A stretch of DNA of 64,000 nucleotides, taken from Eledone cirrhosa. Its lineage: Eukaryota. Each line of letters starts with the position of its first letter. Position 1 is the first letter of the stretch. The notes below the pieces were generated by a model. It worked only from the letters and a program-made list of their open reading frames with translations. It did not search any database and was not told the DNA's origin. Of this stretch, positions 1-14,428 are shown piece by piece. The stretch lies in the NCBI GenBank assembly GCA_964016885.1, contig OZ024740.1, forward strand, positions 86,304,001 to 86,368,000. Reading direction: 5' to 3'. The position numbers and the translations under genes were made by a program.

Positions 1-1039
1 CAACCTGCATTAACAGCAACAATGCACCAGTATAACGAAAAACTTTAAAACTCGAGCAACACCATTAGAGATCAAAATTCTAAGGACCACTACCACAAGC
101 TCTACCACGATTGAATAACACCAACAAACCCAGCACAGCAATAACAGAAACAAAAGTTGAACGGAAATCATCATTCTGTTGAAGATCACTTGTTGGTTAC
201 AGACATCAATAACAAAACTCTCTTTCTCAGATGTCTAAACGTGCGATAAGAAGTTGTAGAATATATTAAATGAATCGTAAAATCGATTAACGGAAACATT
301 AAAAGAACTTTGAATTTGTTAGTAACGACATTAAAAGTATTCAACGGTAGCTTCAATGATAAATTGTTGATGAACAAGACACCAATATATAAACAAAAAC
401 ATTTCCTGAAATTTGGTAGACTTCAGGTGGAGTTGTCATATCAAATTTTATCGATTTCCTTCAATGATGCGAAGACGTAAGAAGCTTTTGTAAGTAGACA
501 AGTTTCTTTCTCTTCAAGTTTGAATGTACGAAAGTTAAATGTGTAAGATATCGAATTGGTCTGAAAACTGAAACATGTTCCCATCGCCCTCAAACTACCC
601 GATATAAATATGGTAGAAAATTTGTTAGATTGTTGTTGCTCTTGTTGTTTCTGCTATTGTTGATGTTGCTGTGGTAAGTGTTGTAGCGGTTACTTAGCTT
701 CATGTCAGACATCATTCAGCCGACTCTCATCAAAAGTATTCCAGTTGCTGTGACCTTCCATCTTCTTTTCTTCCAGATATACTTTATAGAGAGCCTTTTT
801 CTAGCAGAATGCCTTATAAGGTATAACTGACCATAAATTGAGCTACGCCAACAAAACAGTCATTCAACAAGCAATGTAAGTAGTAAAGAAACACAATGTA
901 CATTACAAATTACAAAGAGAGAGAGGTGGGGTAAATAAAGAAAAAAAAAAGAAAGAAAGAAAAAGAAGTCTTCAATCAATCGAAATTGGAACTAAAGATT
1001 ATGTTACAAAATGTAAGTAAAAAGTTGTTTATGTTATAA

Positions 1040-1185
1040 TTGTTTCTACTTTAGGCACAAGGCCAGCAATTACTCAGTGCATTACTGGTACTTTATTTTA
1101 TCGACCTCGTAAGGATGAAAGGCAAAGTCAACCTCGGCGGGATTTGAACTCAGTTCGTAAAGGGACGTAACTATGCTGGAAAAAA
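1040..1185 (-). mobile_element. SINE (Nin-domain-like family) copy
   Basis: Reverse complement contains GAGTTCAAATCCCGCCGAGGTTGACTTTGCCTTTCATCCTTACGAGGTCGATAAAATAAAGTACCAG (B-box-like start plus conserved central core). The same core recurs about 10 times in the window. Confidence 0.8.
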
Positions 1186-1334
1186 TGACGTCCGGTTGTT
1201 TATGTTATAATGACATTACGCATGTCATACAAAACTGAAGGGCTACCCAGTTCTGATCGTCAATGTTTTCTTCCCTTGTATAGGATATTTCTAACAACTC
1301 GTGTGACGCGTAGATACTTCCAAGTTTATTCGGA

Positions 1335-1835
1335 AGTTAGGTTATATATTAAGGATGATGTATTGGCAATAGTGTATCATTGTTGCTAATTTAGATTCCA
1401 TTTGAAGGATGATATAATATAGACAGCGAGTGAGAGTTACTAATACTGAAACACAAATATAGATTATATGTTAAGGTTGGTGTAGTGTCTACAATATGAT
1501 TGCTGTTAATATTAAAGCACAAATTTGGAATTTCTGTTAAGGTTGATGTAATCTCCACAATATATGATTATTGCTAAACTTAGGGTATATATTAAGATTG
1601 ATATATGTGAGTAGTGTGGTATTTTTGCTAATATGAAAACACACATGTAGGTCATATGTTAAAATTGACGCAGTGAACACCGTTGATTGTTGCTAATTTT
1701 AAATCAGGAAGTTAGGTTATATGTTAAGGTTAATGTCCTTGTTATTTGATTGTTGCTAATATTGAAACTCAAATTTGCACTATATGCTAAAGTTGGTGCA
1801 TTGTGCACAGTGTATGATTGTCGCTAATACTGTAC
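1335..1835. repeat. Degenerate minisatellite, about 8 units of about 60-65 bp
   Basis: Recurring GTTATATGTTAAGGTTGATGTA...GATTGTTGCTAATATT at about 1340, 1463, 1535, 1585, 1650, 1715 and 1780. Confidence 0.75.
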
Positions 1836-2859
1836 CAGAAATCCGTAATTAATCTGCTACCTTAACTCGGATCGCTTATTAAGACAAAGCATCAAGAGAA
1901 TAATATTAGATTAGAAAGCGAATGAATAATTAAGCCGAAAGAGTATAAATGGTGAACTTTAAAGGCTACTTCAAATATCTAATTGGCAACAACGAGGAAA
2001 GACATTATCAAAATCCTATTACTGAAACATAGAAGTCAGAAATGTCAAGCTCGCATATTCTTGTCAATGTATAGGTCAAATGGCAAATGACAATGAACAT
2101 TCAAAGTTTTGTAACTCGAGACGTATTTTTAGTACTAAGAAAAGATGCAAGTAAAAGAATGTTGTCGATAATAATTTTAGGCCCATAACTATCGCTTATA
2201 CAGCTGTCATGCATATGTAAGGAAAAAAAAGAAAATGTTATTCTCAGTATCAAATTGCAGTTTCAATTCTCTCGCGAGTCCCATCGCTCAACTTGCGAAT
2301 CTCTTGAAAGGCATCGATATACTACAAGTTCATATTCACTGCTTCTTTACAAATAGGATACGTCATTTTAATGTAAAATATCAATCATCTTATGGCGGGT
2401 GATTGGTTCAGACCTTAGTGCGTCGAGTCGGATAAAATACATTGCTATATTAGTTCCGGCGTTCTTCCCTCCAAGTTTAAATCCCACTGAGGTGAACTTT
2501 GCCCTTTTGCCTGGAGTCGCCAACAAATACTAGCCCTGTGTTAGTACAGTTCCTTCACTCTTGTTGTCGAACCTCGGGTGTTTCGCTGAATCAAACATGG
2601 AAGATAGAAGGGGTGTTTGTTTCTGTTTATTACTAAATAGGCACCTAAGTCTATTGCGAGTAAAGTTCTTAATTATCAATCACCATACATCAAGATCACT
2701 CAACATAAAGAAAGGCTTAGTTTGAAGGTTGCAAAAGCTTATCCAAAACAAAACGTTATATGATGTAATCTAAGATAGCTTCCTTCTCTAGAATGCTGTG
2801 GTGATTATTGTAACTCATAGTACTGTTGGTGGTGGCCGGACTCGTTTAGATAACATCTT

Positions 2860-3200
2860 TTTCATTTTTGTTTTACTTACTTAGTCTGCAAGTAGGTGAA
2901 TTACGTATAATTTCCTCAGACCTTAATAGTAATGATGTTGATGTTTCATTTAAAGTGTTGCAATTCGAGGTTTGCATGAAAAACAAGAGCTGGAAGAATA
3001 TTCCAGAGAGTTGTTGTTCTGGTGAGAAATGCCTGAATGTAATAATCATGTAGTGTCTAGCAACTGAACACAAAATAGGTATTGAGAAGAGGATGGGAAT
3101 TCCTGAGTGGATGTAGCAGTAGAGACGCGGTCATTGTTGCAGTAGTAGAAAAGAAAGCGAGAAAAGATGATGGAATGTGATTGTGAGAGACTTTAATTAG
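2860..3200 (-). mobile_element. Decayed CR1/L2-like LINE 3' fragment
   Basis: Minus strand translates in part to ...QAFLTRTTTLWNILPALVFHANLELQHFK..., resembling the SFFxRTxxLWNxLP C-terminal motif of CR1-group ORF2, followed by an A-rich tail. Confidence 0.5.
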
Positions 3201-3439
3201 TTATGTGTCCACGATGAAGAAATAAAGGTTTTCAATGTCTTTAAGTGCAGATTTCTACTTTTTTCCATTACGGTTTCAGCTTCACTGACCTACTAAGTTC
3301 TGTACCATCTCCTTCTAAAGAAACTACATGTGTATTCCTCCTATTTTGTCAATTCTAATATATCTACCTTTAAAACTCGCCAACGAATATTTTCTTCAAA
3401 TACTGAATTTTATAAAACTCTCTGCCTATCAAATAATTG

Positions 3440-3535
3440 TTTCTATTATTGGCACGAGGCCAGAAATTAGCCAGTACATTACTGGTGCTTTGTTTTATCG
3501 ACCCCGTAAGGATGAAAGGCAAAGTTAACCTCATC
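3440..3535 (-). mobile_element. SINE (Nin-domain-like) partial copy
   Basis: TTTATCGACCCCGTAAGGATGAAAGGCAAAGTTAACCTC core, as in the 1040-1185 copy. Confidence 0.75.
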
Positions 3536-4077
3536 AAATAATGTTTTACAATCACCACACTACGGGCGTTTATGTATCTTACTCAGCATCTGCTGCCTAA
3601 ATTAATATATATGAGTCGACATAGAAGAATAGATAGCATTTCTGATAATTTCAACATGATCAGTGAAACTGGAGAGTTAAAGATTGCTGTAAAAGTTTTT
3701 ATTTAAGAGATGTAATTTAAAATCGATTATACTAATATACGTTGATGTGAATCTTTAAATTATAAAACAGCTCTCTGTATGGGATATTTGGCAGGTTACA
3801 AGCGAGCGAAGGAACTTACTAGTGACGCATATGAATATATTTATTGTAATATGTATATGGTAGCATAGGTTTCCTATATAATAGATTATATTATAACTAT
3901 TCTCTAAGCAAGTATTGATACCTCAATATTCCATAATTTGCAGTTATAGTCGAACCCTTTTTATAATATATATGATTCTACATTCGTTATTGGGTGCTTT
4001 CATCGGTAAAGTTAATCATTTCGTAACAACGCCAACACTAATATATATATATATGGATGTGTGTTTCTGTGTGTGCG

Positions 4078-4111
<34 letters not shown>

Positions 4112-4414
4112 TAAAATATAGTCTTCTATGTAAAGTGTTATCTGATGTTCGAACCCATGCGATTTACGTGGGCTAACACCAACAAGTTTTATTACATATG
4201 TTAACAGTAACCGTCACCTTTTACAAATATATATATATATATGTTCGAATTATTATTGAGTATAAACATCGGCCATATAATCTATATGATCACTACAACT
4301 TACCTACATCTACTTTAATCATATTTTCTTGATTCCCCTTATCTATGCTTCTCAACCCTCTTCTTTTCTCTCTATCCTTTTATCTAACATCCATTCTTTA
4401 TTTATTTATTTTTC

Positions 4415-4487
<73 letters not shown>

Positions 4488-4651
4488 TGTTTTTCTTTAT
4501 TTATTTATTTATTTCTGTGTCATTACATGCATATAAAATCAGCACATGTAATGCATATACACATTACATAGATATTTATATATAAATGCACACACAGACA
4601 CACATATACATACATATATGTATATATATATATATAAATATACATGACACA

Positions 4652-4706
<55 letters not shown>

Positions 4707-4737
4707 GTACGTTATTCCGGGTTGAGTCGGAGGTAAC

Positions 4738-4799
<62 letters not shown>

Positions 4800-5385
4800 C
4801 ACGCTTGTGTGTTTCCGTGTGGGTCCATGTACGTGTTGTTTGTAGTAATGTATATATTTATATATTATAATTCTATGTACATGTCTTGCAGCTATTCGAG
4901 TAAATATCATTTGTCATATGTTTGTGGTGTGTGAATGCGTATATGCCTAAATATGTGTGACCAAATGTGTATGGATGTGTAATGTTTGCATAGATGTGTC
5001 TATGGGGGTGGTAATTCCCAGAGAAAATCAAAGATACGATTTACTGTAATTAACTAAAGACTCCTAGCGAACCTGGCTCATATATCAAAAGTTATAAACG
5101 GGGATGGTGGGAAGGGGTAAAGAAGGAAGGAGAGTTTGTGTATGCTTTTGAGTCGGTGGCTTTATGTTGGTGTATATATATGTAAATGTATATGTGTGTG
5201 TGAAACGGAGGGGGAATATTTATAGAAATAAAGGGGAGGAAATGGGTGAGAGCGATAGGAGAGAGAAGTGTAGTGGAGAGTGTGAAAGAAAGAATTATAT
5301 ATAGATATAAAGGTGAGGGAACAGGTGAGAGAGAGGAAGGAAAATAGAGCGATATAGAAAAGTGGGAGACAGCAATATAAATACA

Positions 5386-6415
<1,030 letters not shown>

Positions 6416-6489
6416 TTACTGTGCGTATAAATGCATAAATAAATGTATACAAATATGTACGTATATGTATATCTATCTATCTATCTATC

Positions 6490-6519
<30 letters not shown>

Positions 6520-6521
<2 letters not shown>

Positions 6522-7397
6522 AATGAAAGGTATAGAAAACATTGTAGCAAAAAGCCAACAGTATTCCATAATATATATATAAGTGACTATAGCCTCAAAA
6601 TGGGAAAAATAGTTAACGTAAGATATGGGAAAAATAATTCAAACTCATCTCAAAGACAATCAGGATATAGATTCATCCACAGATTTAGTGAAATCCAGGG
6701 AAAAGTCAATAGATCCTTAACTCATGATAAAATAAAGTTTAAAATACTCATCCTTCAATTTTGAAAAAATTCATATGCTCTGTATAGTCTTAAAGACTAT
6801 TTCACGAAAACTTTCAGTGGAGATGGTCACGGTTGGAATTCAATCCTCAGCAGAGCTCAACTCGATAACCAAAATTCTCATAGATTAATATGCCAAAAAG
6901 GGAATTTAAAACAGACTAGTTCACCATCATGCGTGATTATGAAAAATAAAACGCACATGAGGAAAGACAGGGCTGGTGACATCAGAATGAGACGAATGTT
7001 TGTTTACAAGAAACAACAGTAAAAAAACATTCCGAAAAAATCTCTACAATAAGGAGTTCAGCAAAAAGCAATATTATCGCGGTTTTTTATAAAAAAAAAT
7101 ACCGGATTAGTCACAAATAATTTAAGCACACTAGGAAAGGAATCCGAGTATAAATATATAAATGAAAGGTATAGAAAACATTGTAGCAAAAAGCAAACAG
7201 TATTCCATAATATATAAGTGACTATAGCGTCAACATGGGAAAAATAGTTAACGTAAGATATGGGAAAAATAATTCAAACTCATCTCAAAGAGAATCAGGA
7301 TATAGATTCATCCACAGAATTTAGTGAAATCCAGGGAAAAGTCAATAGATCCTTAACTCATGATAAAATAAAGTTTAAAATACTCATCCTTCAATTT
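6520..7397. repeat. About 240-bp direct repeat pair (6520-6762 and 7157-7397)
   Basis: Near-identical AAATGAAAGGTATAGAAAACATTGTAGC...AAATACTCATCCTTCAATTT twice, period about 637 bp, flanked by (TA)n. Confidence 0.85.
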
Positions 7398-7643
7398 ATA
7401 CATATTTATATAAAGATATATCCATATTTATTTATATATATATATAAGTATGTACACGTACATACATATATGTATACGGACGTACAGTAGTATGTATATA
7501 TATATACATACATGCACACATATATACGTATGGATTCACCGAACATTTATTATAATGCTCGGTGTGTTTGTAAACAAACATCCCGTATTAAGCCGTAGTG
7601 TCTAGCAACCATCGTTGCTCGTTTGTTCAACACTGACAAAGGA

Positions 7644-7686
7644 ATGCTGTACTAGTTTCAAGCTTATTAGCTATCGTCAGCAACGT
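7644..7686 (-). ncRNA. Minimal type I hammerhead ribozyme (family A)
   Basis: Minus strand: acgttg-CTGACGA-t agct aata agct t-GAAA-ctag-TA-cagcat. One stem I mismatch in this copy. Confidence 0.8.
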
Positions 7687-8055
7687 ATACCTTCCTGCCA
7701 GATTGTTGAACGTATATACTTACCTTATGCATATTAATGGCTGAGTAGCCCAATTTGGATATCGAGTGTGTTAATCGGCCGGGTGCATCGAAAACGATAA
7801 ACGCAAAAAATGAAAGAAAATTTCATTTCCCACTCTTAGTACAGCTGTTACTCAAATATAAGTATGTACACGTACATACATATATGTATATAGACGCACA
7901 GTATTATGTATATATATATACATACATGCACACATATATATATGTACGTATGGATTCACCGAACATTTATTATAATGCTCGGTAAACAAACATCCCGTAT
8001 TAAGCCGTAGTGTCTAGCAACCATCGTTGCTCGTTTGTTCAACACTGACAAAGGA

Positions 8056-8098
8056 ACGCTGTACTAGTTTCAAGCTTATTAGCTATCGTCAGCAACGT
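8056..8098 (-). ncRNA. Minimal type I hammerhead ribozyme (family A)
   Basis: Minus strand: acgttg-CTGACGA-t agct aata agct t-GAAA-ctag-TA-cagcgt. 6-bp stem I, palindromic stem III (CTAG), GUA cleavage triplet. Confidence 0.88.
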
Positions 8099-8161
8099 AT
8101 ACCTTCCTGCCAGATTGTTGAACGTATATACTTACCTTATGCATATTAATGGCTGAGTAGC

Positions 8162-8249
<88 letters not shown>

Positions 8250-8299
8250 AGTATGTATATATACGTACATACATATATGTATACAGACGTACAGTAGCA

Positions 8300-8335
<36 letters not shown>

Positions 8336-8374
8336 TGCTAAACACACATGCTCTATGGTGCAACACAAAAAAAT

Positions 8375-8443
<69 letters not shown>

Positions 8444-8590
8444 GTGAATATATATATGTGTATATATATATAGTGAATATCATTTCACACCTTTTATTGT
8501 TAAGATTTTTGATGTTCTATTAAGAGAACCGATTTTACTGAAAAAATCGAATAATGTACACCATTTAACCAGGGGGAAAAAAATACTGGT

Positions 8591-8709
<119 letters not shown>

Positions 8710-8759
8710 TACACACGCGTACATTAACATACAAAGAGACTTATACACACACACACACA

Positions 8760-8869
8760 CTTCTCCGTATAAGACAAAAGCTGAAAAATATCTTTTGACA
8801 TGCTAAAATACCCCCCATTGCTTTCAGACACATTCTTACTGACCATCCCTGCTACCACGAATTACTCTG

Positions 8870-8959
<90 letters not shown>

Positions 8960-8960
8960 G

Positions 8961-9019
<59 letters not shown>

Positions 9020-9088
9020 ATCTTAATAGCCATTTGACACACATCCCTGCTAACCATTATCACAACATCGAACACCTTACTACTACTA

Positions 9089-9130
<42 letters not shown>

Positions 9131-9495
9131 TTGTTGTGAAAGAGTCATTTCTCAATCTTGGCGCAAAACCAATATTTTATTCACATGACCTCTACCGACC
9201 AATCAAAATTGTTTTGACCACAAGAATTTTTGCAACACCAAAGTAACGCTGGAGCCACTTTTTTAACATAAAAACAGGTAGAATTCCCAAAACTAATCAG
9301 ATCAGAGCAAACAGCACGGACACTCTATCTCAAAATTATTTTTGAAAAGCATTTAGAAATGCGCAACCGGTAAAAACTTAAAAACTTAAAACCACAACTG
9401 AATACTAACCCATACAATCACTAATACTCTTTTATTCCTAATTAAACCATTTTTCAACTGTGAACAATTTGTCAGCATTTTCTATTCCGTTTACC
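8760..9495 (+). mobile_element. 3'-end/pseudo-LTR relic of a PLE related to the 24-29 kb element, with a damaged HHR at 9339-9375
   Basis: GAGCCACTTTTTTAACATAAAAACAGG (about 9252) matches the pLTR sequence GAGCCACTTTTTCCATATAAAACAAG (about 29542). HHR-like ttt-TTGAAAA-gcatt taga aatgc-GCAA-ccgg-TA-aaa has the same U3/A8 core and CCGG stem III. Confidence 0.65.
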
Positions 9496-9679
9496 AATAT
9501 ATATATATATATATATGAGATTATATATGTATGTGTGTGTGTATGTGTATATATGTATATATATGTGTGAATGTATGTGTTTGTGTGTGTGTGTGTATGT
9601 ATGTGTATGTATGTGTGTGCATATGTATGTATGTGTATGTATAGTATAGTTTACACGAGAGAGACATACGTACATGTAG

Positions 9680-9725
<46 letters not shown>

Positions 9726-9831
9726 GTATGTGTATGCGCACGTGTGTATGTGTAGATATATATGTGTGTGTATGTGTATGCGTGTGTGTGTGTATGTGTA
9801 TGTGTATACGCACACATATATAATGTGTGTG

Positions 9832-9898
<67 letters not shown>

Positions 9899-10425
9899 GT
9901 GTGTGTGTGTGTGTGTGAATGCGTAGGTGTGCACACACACACACATATATATATATATGTATATGTGTGTAAGTGTTTTTGTATGTGGTTGTGAGTATGT
10001 AAATATATTTTATTCTTTCCATCCTACAAAAACACTCTGGCCACCTGTGGCTTGTATGTTAACTTGACCATTCACCCCAGTCTGTGCCATGATTCGGTCT
10101 TGTTAAATGTTTAATTTCTATTACCAACCCACCTAAAAAATTTCCCTACTATATATCTGTTGAATTACTTTTTTTTATTTATTTATTTTTTATTTATTTT
10201 ATTTATTTATTCATTTATCTATTTATTTATTCATTTATTTATTTATTTACTTATTTATTTATTTCAAAAAGCACTCTGGCTAATTGACCACTCTCCAAAG
10301 AAAAACGGCCTGCGCCATGAAGTGGTCCTATGTATCTAAATACCCCCCCCCCCCAACCCCCCAATCCACCACCCCTCCCTTACCACTACCTAAATGTATA
10401 AATACCAGAACTTAATATGACACCC

Positions 10426-10476
10426 AGTTTCCTGAAGATTTCATCTGAATGAAACAGTACTAGTCCTGTAGAAGCT
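10426..10476 (+). ncRNA. Type I hammerhead ribozyme (family B)
   Basis: agtttc-CTGAAGA-t ttca tc tgaa t-GAAA-cag tactagtc ctg-TA-gaagct. All three stems pair. Degraded relatives at about 31110-31160 (minus) and about 62745-62770 (3' half only). Confidence 0.82.
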
Positions 10477-10532
10477 CCTTCTATAAAATATATATATATA
10501 TAAACGGAAAAAATGAAACGATATTTCATACT

Positions 10533-10639
<107 letters not shown>

Positions 10640-10848
10640 GGGGAGAGAGAGATTGATGATGTCTTCACAGACACATGTATAAACAAACATATAAGTACGT
10701 GGTTTGTATAAGTGCTTGTGATTGTATTGTTTATGTATATATATATATATATATATATAATGTAGGACGTGAGTTTTATTGTAGTACAATAAAGCAATGC
10801 AGATATCGGATAAGAAGCACTCTACAGTTTGTAGGACTGGAGTATACA

Positions 10849-11180
10849 TAATATAAGATCAAAAGATGGTTAAAGGAGTTCCATGTATTTTATTATGCGC
10901 ATTTCAAAAACAAACATCATCATGCAATAATATTTGTGTTTTCATCAGATAAAACAGGAGGACATGATATGAAGGCTAAAAAACACTTGTGGATAGTGCA
11001 GTTTTAAATCAACATATCATATGTTGATTTAAAACTGCACTATCCACAAGTGTTTTTTAGCCTTCATATCATGTTCTCCTGTTTTATCTGATGAAAACAC
11101 AAATATTATTGCATGATGATGTTTGTTTTTGAAATGCGCATAATAAAATACATGGAACTCCTTTAACCATCTTTTGATCT

Positions 11181-11187
<7 letters not shown>
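10849..11187. repeat. Near-perfect palindrome, about 169-bp arms with a 1-nt loop at 11018
   Basis: ...AAATCAACATAT-C-ATATGTTGATTT... The arms are reverse complements with one visible mismatch. Each arm carries an HHR. Confidence 0.95.
11082..11148 (+). ncRNA. Minimal type I hammerhead ribozyme (family C); mirror copy at 10888-10954 on minus
   Basis: ttttat-CTGATGA-aaaca...tgttt tt-GAAA-tgcgca-TA-ataaaa. Palindromic stem III (TGCGCA), AUA triplet. Confidence 0.82.
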
Positions 11188-11245
<58 letters not shown>

Positions 11246-11290
11246 TAAACAAATAATGAATAAACAATTTCTTATATTAAACAAAAAAAG

Positions 11291-11444
11291 TTCATTATTT
11301 AACGATCGTTTCTAGGATATATATGTGTTAGAGTTGGCATGCATATTCAACAGATCTATGTACAAAATTATACAAAATTATACAAACTATCAAGATTAAA
11401 TATACATACCAACACATATATACGCCGTCTTCAGAAATAATGAA
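11291..11444 (-). ncRNA. Type I hammerhead ribozyme with about 115-nt stem II insert (family D)
   Basis: Minus strand: ttcattattt-CTGAAGA-cggcg tatatatgtgtt...aacacatatata tccta-GAAA-cgatcg-TT-aaataatgaa. Perfect 10-bp stem I, palindromic stem III (CGATCG). Confidence 0.78.
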
Positions 11445-12088
11445 ATATATTTATTGATAATAACAACAATTCAAACTTTCAGGTCCGTTTGGGAACAAAA
11501 TTGACCAATGAAAATACAAAAGGTTTAATGCCGTTCGGTGTGTGTATATACATGTAATAACCCTTACACATATTTTACAAAAATGTATGCACAACCTGTA
11601 TACTCATACAAAAAGGATGGATGCAAATACAAAATTTCAAGGTTAATGTCTCTGTAAGTTTATAATGCACAGATAAGATGCGTATAGATACATAAATATG
11701 AAATAAATGTATATACATATTTTCATACTAACACATATCCGTACAATCACACATACACGCGCGTATATGCATAAACATACACATAAACTACAAACATACA
11801 AACACACACACACCACCACTCACATATATATATGTGGATATAAAATCCTAAGCACATGGATATTAATTCACTCACATAAACATTGGCACACACATTTAGA
11901 TAAAGATACAGAAATTAGGTGGGAGGGGGGGGGAGGTCAGTATTCAACGGTTTGGGCTGCCTGCTTAATATAGATGTATCTATAAACTAAGAAAATAAAA
12001 ATAAAAAATAATAATAAATAATAAATAAACATTAAAAAGGAAAGAAAAGAAAAAGAAAAAAGAAAAAAGAAAAAAGAAATATATCAAG

Positions 12089-12089
<1 letters not shown>

Positions 12090-12131
<42 letters not shown>

Positions 12132-12356
12132 ATATATATATATCTATATATATATATACACATACATATATACATACATACACATACATACACACAACAC
12201 ACACACATATACATATACACATACACATATACAAACACATACATGCATATACACACATCCACACTTAGAACATAACATACACACACATATATAAACATAT
12301 ACATATACACACATAGATACAAATACACACATACATATAAATACACATATATATAT

Positions 12357-12401
<45 letters not shown>

Positions 12402-12688
12402 CACTCATACATAGGCATATAATCACACATACTATATAGACACACATATATATACACACATACATACACATATACCTACACTTACATACATATATACATA
12501 CAGATATACACATACATACCTATATATACACACAAATACATACAGACATATATACATACATACAGACAAATACTTACGCATCTATATATCGGTATATACA
12601 TACAAACACCACTACACTCTCACACAACTCAGACATACAAAGAAAAAGGTATATACCCATACACATATACATATACAAATAGAGAAAC

Positions 12689-12751
<63 letters not shown>

Positions 12752-12979
12752 CATACACATACATATACACATACACACATACACATACAAACACATACAT
12801 ACATGTACACACACATAGATATATATACACACACATACACGCATACACATACATATATTGTCATACACACACATACACCTACACGAACATACACATACAC
12901 ATATACAAAGATATATATATACACACACACGCACATACACACACACACATATATATAAAAAAAAAAAAAAAAAATAAAG

Positions 12980-13064
<85 letters not shown>

Positions 13065-13682
13065 CATACACATACATACACACATACATAGACATATATG
13101 TACATACATACATATACATAGATACATACACATACATACATACATATATATATACACACACAGACATATACATACATACACACACAACATACATACACAC
13201 ATATACACTCATACATAGAATTAGATATATAAACATACATACATACGCACTTACATATACTCATATATACCAATACAAACGCATCCATATATGCGTATAT
13301 ACATAGAAACACCACTACAGCCTCACCCAATTCAGATATACAAAGAAAAAGGTATATACATATACATATATACACGCATCAATAGAGATATATATACACA
13401 TATATATATATATATATATATATGTGTGTACACACATACACTTATATACATATACCCACACACACATACAACCATAAATACACATACAAACACCCACATA
13501 TATTAATATATACACACATATATATATATACACACACACATAAAAGACAGACATGCACACATATATATTTTTTTACACATATATAAACACATATATATAC
13601 ATATACACACCCTCACATATACACATACACATAAGTTATATTATAATAATAAATAATATATATATATATATACACATACACA

Positions 13683-13732
<50 letters not shown>

Positions 13733-13925
13733 CACACACACACATATGAATATAGACATATAAACACACATAGATATATATACATACATATATACACATA
13801 CATATACATACACACACATATACACATTCACATATACATGTGTGTGCATACACACATATATATACATACACATATATACACATAAACACATATATGTGTA
13901 TACATGCACACACACACATATATCC
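12090..13925. repeat. Degenerate (CA/TA)n low-complexity field with an internal duplication
   Basis: Mixed CATA/CA/TA repeats. CACCACTAC...ACAAAGAAAAAGGTATATAC occurs at about 12607 and about 13310. Confidence 0.9.
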
Positions 13926-13991
13926 ACATAGATACGAAGATATACATATAAATAGAGAGACATACATATATATACACACACACACACATAT
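13926..13991. repeat. 66-bp target-site duplication of the RTE LINE (left copy; right copy at 18898-18963)
   Basis: ACATAGATACGAAGATATACATATAAATAGAGAGACATACATATATATA(CA)7TAT is identical at both positions. Confidence 0.88.
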
Positions 13992-14052
13992 GATGGCTGC
14001 CCCCTCGTTATCGAGTATGGCCATTGCACAATAAAAAAAATAAAAAAAAAAA

Positions 14053-14100
<48 letters not shown>

Positions 14101-14120
14101 AAAAAAAAAAAAAAGGGAAA

Positions 14121-14161
<41 letters not shown>

Positions 14162-14390
14162 TATACATATATATATACACACACGTATATATACACACAC
14201 ACATACATACACATACATACATATATACACACACACATACATACACATACACTCACACATATATACACACATACATTAATAACAATAATAATAATAATAA
14301 TAATAATAATAGCAATAATAATAATAACGACAACAACAATAATAATATACATATTCATATATATATACACACACACGCACGCACATAAGC

Positions 14391-14428
<38 letters not shown>

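Larger units (their letters stand above)
7433..8305 (-). mobile_element. Tandem retrozyme-like non-autonomous element, array A (412-bp monomer, one HHR each)
   Basis: Two head-to-tail copies with HHRs at 7644 and 8056. The same family occurs at 19170-20470 and 42930-43930. Embedded in (TA)n. Confidence 0.85.

Noticed and set aside
1335-1835. Regularly spaced repeats suggestive of a CRISPR array
   Set aside because: The units are wholly degenerate tandem copies with no constant repeat plus unique spacer, there are no cas genes, and the context is eukaryotic.
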